Assembly (NCBI GenBank): GCA_964372935.1
Contig: CAYJRF010000006.1
Location: 1 to 41,592, forward strand
Source of the DNA: an uncultured Candidatus Saccharibacteria bacterium
GTDB taxonomy: Bacteria > Patescibacteriota > UBA1384 > 2-12-FULL-50-11 > DASWYB01
DNA length: 41,592 nt
Direction of reading: 5' to 3'
Part shown: in pieces, positions 35,768-41,592 of the stretch
How the letters are laid out: every line of letters starts with the position of its first letter
Numbering within the stretch: position 1 is the first letter of the stretch
Translations under genes and position numbers: made by a program
Notes under the pieces: model-generated
The model's database searches: none
What the model was told of the DNA's origin: nothing
The model's input: only the letters and a program-made list of their open reading frames with translations

Positions 35768-35935
35768 GTGGGGCGGTTTCGATGTTTCGGTTGCGGTTGT
35801 CACAGCGACGTTTTTGACTTTTGGGACCTTGTCTGGGGGGAACAAACCCAACATCGTCCAACGATACGGGATGTTAAGCCCTTCTTTGACCATCTCGCGA
35901 ATCTTCCAGCCCCTACCGAACTGGGGGAGGCCTGA
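35768..35935 (+). pseudogene. Remnant resembling the C-terminal half of a CHC2 (primase-type) zinc finger
   Basis: GRFRCFGCGCHSDVFDF resembles the F.CFGCG..GDVF.F consensus, but the upstream CPFH half is absent. Confidence 0.45.
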
Positions 35936-35936
35936 A

Positions 35937-35966
35937 CAGAAAAGCGGCCAGCCGGCCGCTTTTCTG
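35937..35966. terminator. Bidirectional intrinsic terminator
   Basis: Perfect 13-bp inverted repeat CAGAAAAGCGGCC-agcc-GGCCGCTTTTCTG between convergent units. Confidence 0.85.
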
Positions 35967-36005
35967 CTGCGATCCTTGAGATGTGTCCGCCGCGTGGCGG
36001 CGGTG

Positions 36006-37661
<1,656 letters not shown>

Positions 37662-37949
37662 TTATTCTAGAACGGCGAGGACGTCATCCTCGCGGATAAT
37701 TTGATACTCTTCCCGGTCAAGTTCGACTTTTTGGCCGGCATACTCGGAATACAAGATGCGATCACCCGCTTTGACTTCGGGAGCGATTCGCTTGTCGTCC
37801 ACCAACTTGCCCGGGCCGACGGACACGACCTCGCCTTGGTTCGACTTGTCCTTGGCGGTTTCGGGCAAAACTATCCCCGAAGCGGTTTTGGGCTCGTCTT
37901 TGAGCATTTTGACCACGATGTGGTCGCTAAGCGGACGCAATTTAGACAT
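37662..37949 (-). CDS. groS: Co-chaperonin GroES
   Basis: LRPLSDHIVV, TASGIVLPETAK.K, GEVVSVGPG; GGAGG SD before ATG 37949. Confidence 0.97.
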   Translation of the reverse strand: MSKLRPLSDHIVVKMLKDEPKTASGIVLPETAKDKSNQGEVVSVGPGKLVDDKRIAPEVKAGDRILYSEYAGQKVELDREEYQIIREDDVLAVLE

Positions 37950-38097
37950 GAACACCTCCGAAGTTTATTAATTTTTTGACCGAGATAACGATAACGCCAA
38001 CCCCGAACACAAAAAAGCCATAGCGCATTGTCAGGGCCACACACCCCTCCCAAAACCTATGAGCCAGACCGAGATATACAAAGAACCAGACGTTAGC

Positions 38098-38126
38098 ATT
38101 GTAACGGCCTCTTGAATGCTTGTCAA
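38098..38126 (-). promoter_or_regulatory. Sigma70 promoter of groESL
   Basis: Minus strand reads TTGACA-N17-TACAAT. Confidence 0.7.
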
Positions 38127-38226
38127 GAGAATATGTCAAGTTAACTTGACTATCGGCGGTAGAGTATACCCCCAACATTCACCCGAGTTGCTGGTTTGCC
38201 GCCAATACGGGTGCTATACTGAACCA

Positions 38227-39318
38227 ATGGAACGCGTCTTGTCGGGTATTCGGCCAACTGGCGTGATTCATGTTGGCAATTACCTGGGAGCGATTCGGCA
38301 ATGGGTGGCCCTTAGCCACGAGCCTCGAACCGAATGCTATTTTATGATCGCCGATTACCACGCTCTCCTGTCGCACCGCGACACCCCCCTCGGCCCGGGC
38401 GCCTTGGACCTCGTGGCGTGGGAGCTGGCCGCCGGTCTCGACCCTAACAAAGACAGAGTCACCCTGTTCGTCCAATCAAAAGTCCCCGCTCATGCCGAGT
38501 TGGCCTGGATACTCAATACTCTCGTGTCCGTTTCGGAGTTGAGCCGTATGACCCAATACAAGGACTTGCTGGCTCAAGACAGCGAGAAGCCAACTGCCGC
38601 CCTCCTAACGTATCCGGTTCTCCAAGCGGCCGACATCCTTCTGTACAAGGCCGATGTCGTGCCGGTAGGCGAAGACCAGGTTCAACACGTCGAGCTGACA
38701 CGCTTGCTGGCTCGGCGGTTAAACCAACTCGTTGGCCGGACAATTTTTCCCCAACCGCAGGCTCGTTTAACGGAATCTTCTCGGGTGATGAGTCTGGACG
38801 ACCCGAGCAAAAAAATGGCCAAAAGCTCGCCAGCGGGCGCGTTGCTCATGACCGACGACGCCACGATTCTTCGAGCCAAAATTGATCGAGCCATCACCGA
38901 TAGCGGGCCCGACGCCAGTTCCGCGCCGGCGCCATGGGCCTATGCCACGCCGCATGTAACCCCCGAGTTGAAAGCCCATCTGTTCGTGCTGATGAGTCCG
39001 GGTACCCGCAACCTGTTCACTCTCCTCGACGCTCTCGACCCGAACTCCGCCGCCGGCCAGCGCTTGCTTTTGCAATACCGCGATCAAACAATTCAGTACC
39101 ACCAACTCAAAGAGGCCGTTGCCGATGCCGTGGTCGAGTTTGTTGCTCCCCTCCAAAGCCGTTTCCGGGAGATTCGCGCCGACGAATCGGTTCTGCGCGA
39201 CATCTTGAGAGCCGGCACGGCCGCGGCTTCTCGGGTGGCCAGTCAAACTCTCCGCGAGGTTAAACAAGGCCTCAAGCTATTCTCTTTCGCTGACGACGAC
39301 CAATCATTGGCGGCGTAA
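38227..39318 (+). CDS. trpS: Tryptophan--tRNA ligase
   Basis: LSGIRPTG..HVGNYLG, IADYHAL, FVQS.VP.H.EL.W, YPVLQAADIL, VPVGEDQ.QH.E and KMAKS. Start at ATG 38227. Confidence 0.96.
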   Translation: MERVLSGIRPTGVIHVGNYLGAIRQWVALSHEPRTECYFMIADYHALLSHRDTPLGPGALDLVAWELAAGLDPNKDRVTLFVQSKVPAHAELAWILNTLVSVSELSRMTQYKDLLAQDSEKPTAALLTYPVLQAADILLYKADVVPVGEDQVQHVELTRLLARRLNQLVGRTIFPQPQARLTESSRVMSLDDPSKKMAKSSPAGALLMTDDATILRAKIDRAITDSGPDASSAPAPWAYATPHVTPELKAHLFVLMSPGTRNLFTLLDALDPNSAAGQRLLLQYRDQTIQYHQLKEAVADAVVEFVAPLQSRFREIRADESVLRDILRAGTAAASRVASQTLREVKQGLKLFSFADDDQSLAA

Positions 39319-40216
39319 CAGCGGCCGTTCCCGAATAACCCGCCGTCGCCGTTCGCTCCTTTAAGTACGACATTAGTTCGGCCGTCATTTCGGGGTTTCG
39401 AAGAGCGACCTCGATGTTGGCCCGAACATAATCAAATTTATTGCCGCAATCGCAAAACACGCCGCCTTTAATTTTGACGGCATAAACCGGTAAACCGTCG
39501 CGGATCATTACCTCCAACACCTCGGCGTAGCCGTATTCGCCGTTAGCCATCGGTTTGATTTTGGCCGCCCGTTCCATAAACTCCGGCGTCGCCACAAACC
39601 CGCCGACAACGGCAAGGGATGAGGGCGCTCGATTGACCCCGGGCTTTTCGATGATCGCTTCCACCCGAATCACGCCCGACGCCACTTCCGGACCGGCGAC
39701 GTAGCCGTAACGCGAGGTGTGGGCGGGGTCACTTGTCTCGTACAGACCTAAAATAACACTCTGGTATTGCTCGTATGCCGCCACCAACTGCTGACAGCGC
39801 GACGGCGTGGCCAGAAAAAAGTCATCACCCCATATCGCCAAGAACGCCCCGCTACCGATGGCCTTGTGGCCGCACTGGATCGCCGGTAATGTGCCGCGCC
39901 GACCCTTTTGACGAACGTAAATAAAGTTGGCTAATTGGGCGATTTTACGCACTTGAGCGAGAAGCGACTCCTGGCCTCCGTTAGCCAAGGCCGATTCCAA
40001 CTCGTAGGAATAATCAAAGTGATCCTCAATCGCCCGTTTTTGCGAGCTGGTAACGATAATGATGTCGGTCACTCCCGCGGCCACGGCGTCTTCGACGACA
40101 TACTGGATCACCGGCTTGTCCAGCACCGGTAGCATCTCTTTGGGCATGGCTTTAGTCGCCGGCAAGAAACGGGTGCCATAACCGGCGGCTAAGATGATCG
40201 CTTGGGTAATCGCCAA
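39272..40216 (-). CDS. galU: UTP--glucose-1-phosphate uridylyltransferase
   Basis: AIILAAGYGTRFLPATKAMPKEMLP, KRAIEDHFD, YVRQ, IIEKP and DCG. Confidence 0.92.
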   Translation of the reverse strand: MAITQAIILAAGYGTRFLPATKAMPKEMLPVLDKPVIQYVVEDAVAAGVTDIIIVTSSQKRAIEDHFDYSYELESALANGGQESLLAQVRKIAQLANFIYVRQKGRRGTLPAIQCGHKAIGSGAFLAIWGDDFFLATPSRCQQLVAAYEQYQSVILGLYETSDPAHTSRYGYVAGPEVASGVIRVEAIIEKPGVNRAPSSLAVVGGFVATPEFMERAAKIKPMANGEYGYAEVLEVMIRDGLPVYAVKIKGGVFCDCGNKFDYVRANIEVALRNPEMTAELMSYLKERTATAGYSGTAAVTPPMIGRRQRKRIA

Positions 40217-40226
40217 TACTCTTTCC

Positions 40227-40610
40227 CTATTCGGCGCTGACTTTCAGGACCCGCGTTTTGGATTTTTCGGCTCGCGGAATGCGGATGGTCAAAATACCGT
40301 CTTTAAGCGAGGCGTTGGCGTTGTCTGGATCAACCGCCACCGGCAGGACGTACGAGCGCGAAAAACTGCCCCAGTAGCATTCCTGAACAAAATAGCTTTC
40401 CGCCGGCACGTCTTGATTACGCGACCGCGACCCGCGCACCGTAACCACCTCGTCGGTGATCGAGACCTCCAAATTGTCCTGATTGACCCCGGCGATTGGC
40501 GCCACGATCACCACCGAGTCATCGGTCTGATAGGCGTCAACGGCCAACTGTCCTTCGTCCTCAACGTGCTGAACCCACTGCTCGTCTTGGGATATTTCTT
40601 TCTGAGCCAT
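40227..40610 (-). CDS. Hsp20/alpha-crystallin family small heat-shock protein
   Basis: GQLAVD.YQT, QECYWGSFSRSYVLP, A.LKDGILTIRIP. Confidence 0.92.
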   Translation of the reverse strand: MAQKEISQDEQWVQHVEDEGQLAVDAYQTDDSVVIVAPIAGVNQDNLEVSITDEVVTVRGSRSRNQDVPAESYFVQECYWGSFSRSYVLPVAVDPDNANASLKDGILTIRIPRAEKSKTRVLKVSAE

Positions 40611-40692
40611 GCGTTTGCCTTTCTCCCTCCATCGGGTAGCAACTTGAAATCGTCTGCGATATTATCGAATCGGAAGGAGCCACCTTACAATC

Positions 40693-41415
40693 ATGGCCTC
40701 ACCATACACCGCGTGGCAAAACATCGTCAAGGTGGGCGGCAATCTGATGACCATTCTCTTCCCCAGCGAATGCTTGGCCTGCGGCCGCGAGGGCGATTGG
40801 TTGTGCCGCGACTGCGCCGCCGAGTGCGTGGCCGTAACCGCGCCCACCTGTCCGTTTTGCGACCGCCTGACCGATCACGGCCAAACCTGCGCGCGTTGTC
40901 GGTCGCGATTCCCCCTCACCGGCAACCGCAGCCTGTGGCACTATCGCGGCCCCGTCCGCCAGGTAATTCACGGCTTAAAATATCGCGGCGCCTGGGCCAG
41001 CGCCGAAGTCCTGGTACCACGGCTGGTCGAGGCAGGGCGGGCTCTTCCGATGTCGCGACGGGCTAATGTCTTAGTCACCGCCGTGCCGAGCTCTCGCGCC
41101 CGATTGGCCGAGCGGGGCTACAATCAAAGCGAGATTCTGGCTCGCGCGGTAGCCAAAGCCGGCGGTTGGCGGTTCGAGCAAATCTTAAAACGAACCAACG
41201 TTCCTAGCTCGCAAACCAAACTGCGCCGCTCGGCGCGCTTTGCCAACGTCCAAAACCAGTTCGTATTGAGTCGCCCGCAACCGTTTCTTTCGGACGCCGC
41301 AATTATGATCGTTGACGACGTGATTACGACCGGCGCGACGTTAGCGGCCTGCGCCGCCGCGCTCAAAGCCGGAGGGGTAAGTCCGGTCTGGGGGCTAACG
41401 GTGGCCAAAGACTAA
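40693..41415 (+). CDS. comF: ComF family protein (double zinc ribbon plus phosphoribosyltransferase fold)
   Basis: FP..C..CG...LC..C...C..C...C..C, LKY, RGYNQSE.LA and IVDDVITTGAT. Confidence 0.92.
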   Translation: MASPYTAWQNIVKVGGNLMTILFPSECLACGREGDWLCRDCAAECVAVTAPTCPFCDRLTDHGQTCARCRSRFPLTGNRSLWHYRGPVRQVIHGLKYRGAWASAEVLVPRLVEAGRALPMSRRANVLVTAVPSSRARLAERGYNQSEILARAVAKAGGWRFEQILKRTNVPSSQTKLRRSARFANVQNQFVLSRPQPFLSDAAIMIVDDVITTGATLAACAAALKAGGVSPVWGLTVAKD

Positions 41416-41464
41416 GCTTCATTTGCCAAGCAAAGCGTGGTACAGTTATCCCGTTAATCGTCTT

Positions 41465-41541
41465 GCGCCCGTAGCTCAGCGGATTAGAGCGTCTGGTTGC
41501 GGTCCAGAAGGTCGCAGGTTCGAGTCCTGCCGGGCGCGCCA
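41465..41541 (+). tRNA. tRNA-Arg, anticodon GCG
   Basis: Acceptor stem GCGCCCG/CGGGCGC, D-arm GCTC/GAGC, anticodon arm TCTGG-TTGCGGT-CCAGA, T-arm GCAGG-TTCGAGT-CCTGC, discriminator G and encoded CCA. Confidence 0.96.
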
Positions 41542-41544
41542 CGT

Positions 41545-41592
41545 AGGAAATTGCAAGCAAGCGAGGCGAACCCTTCAAACTTGCAATTTCCT
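41545..41592. repeat. 13-bp perfect inverted repeat immediately after the tRNA (terminator or att-like site)
   Basis: AGGAAATTGCAAG (41545-57), 22-nt loop, CTTGCAATTTCCT (41580-92). The window ends at the arm, so a U-tract cannot be assessed. Confidence 0.6.

Noticed and set aside
38093..38122. Canonical CIRCE element
   Set aside because: The spacer is 12 rather than 9 and the arms match only 6/9 and 7/9; kept only as a low-interest finding.
41363..41578. 71-aa minus-strand ORF (ARPAGLEPATF...)
   Set aside because: This is the typical antisense translation of a tRNA gene.

Overview
A gene-dense, GC-rich bacterial chromosome segment. The gene style points to a Patescibacteria/CPR-type genome (inference): short divergent housekeeping proteins, single-domain receivers, a type IV pilin cluster, EF-P with an MGRG loop and tRNA-Arg(GCG). 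Core genes are gltX, yraN, rplS, rpmA, dnaE, a wecA/tagO-like gene, ndk, a xerC/D-family recombinase, ychF, rpsF-ssb-rpsR-efp, groES-groEL, trpS, galU, hsp20, comF and tRNA-Arg. An ~9.7 kb minus-strand run combines a type IV pilus module (pilB, pilC, four minor pilins including a 605-aa pilin-adhesin fusion, and a major pilin) with a PAS histidine kinase, two stand-alone receivers and a glutaredoxin. Several stand-alone accessory genes are interspersed: a HAF-repeat secreted protein, a divergent RNase III-like protein, YdcF, CcdA plus thioredoxin, a Phd-domain/proline-rich fusion and a Gfo/Idh/MocA oxidoreductase. Three non-coding signals stand out. (1) Two related long palindromes with compensatory changes (14529-14620 and 16895-16959) bracket a compositionally distinct ~2.3 kb gene block, suggesting cassette-type recombination sites or operators. 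(2) About 330 nt between rpmA and an orphan gene is almost entirely hairpins, a candidate novel ncRNA or leader. (3) At least seven genes have a -10 box 6-7 nt before the start codon, suggesting leaderless mRNAs. No CRISPR array, rRNA, transposase or prophage was seen.
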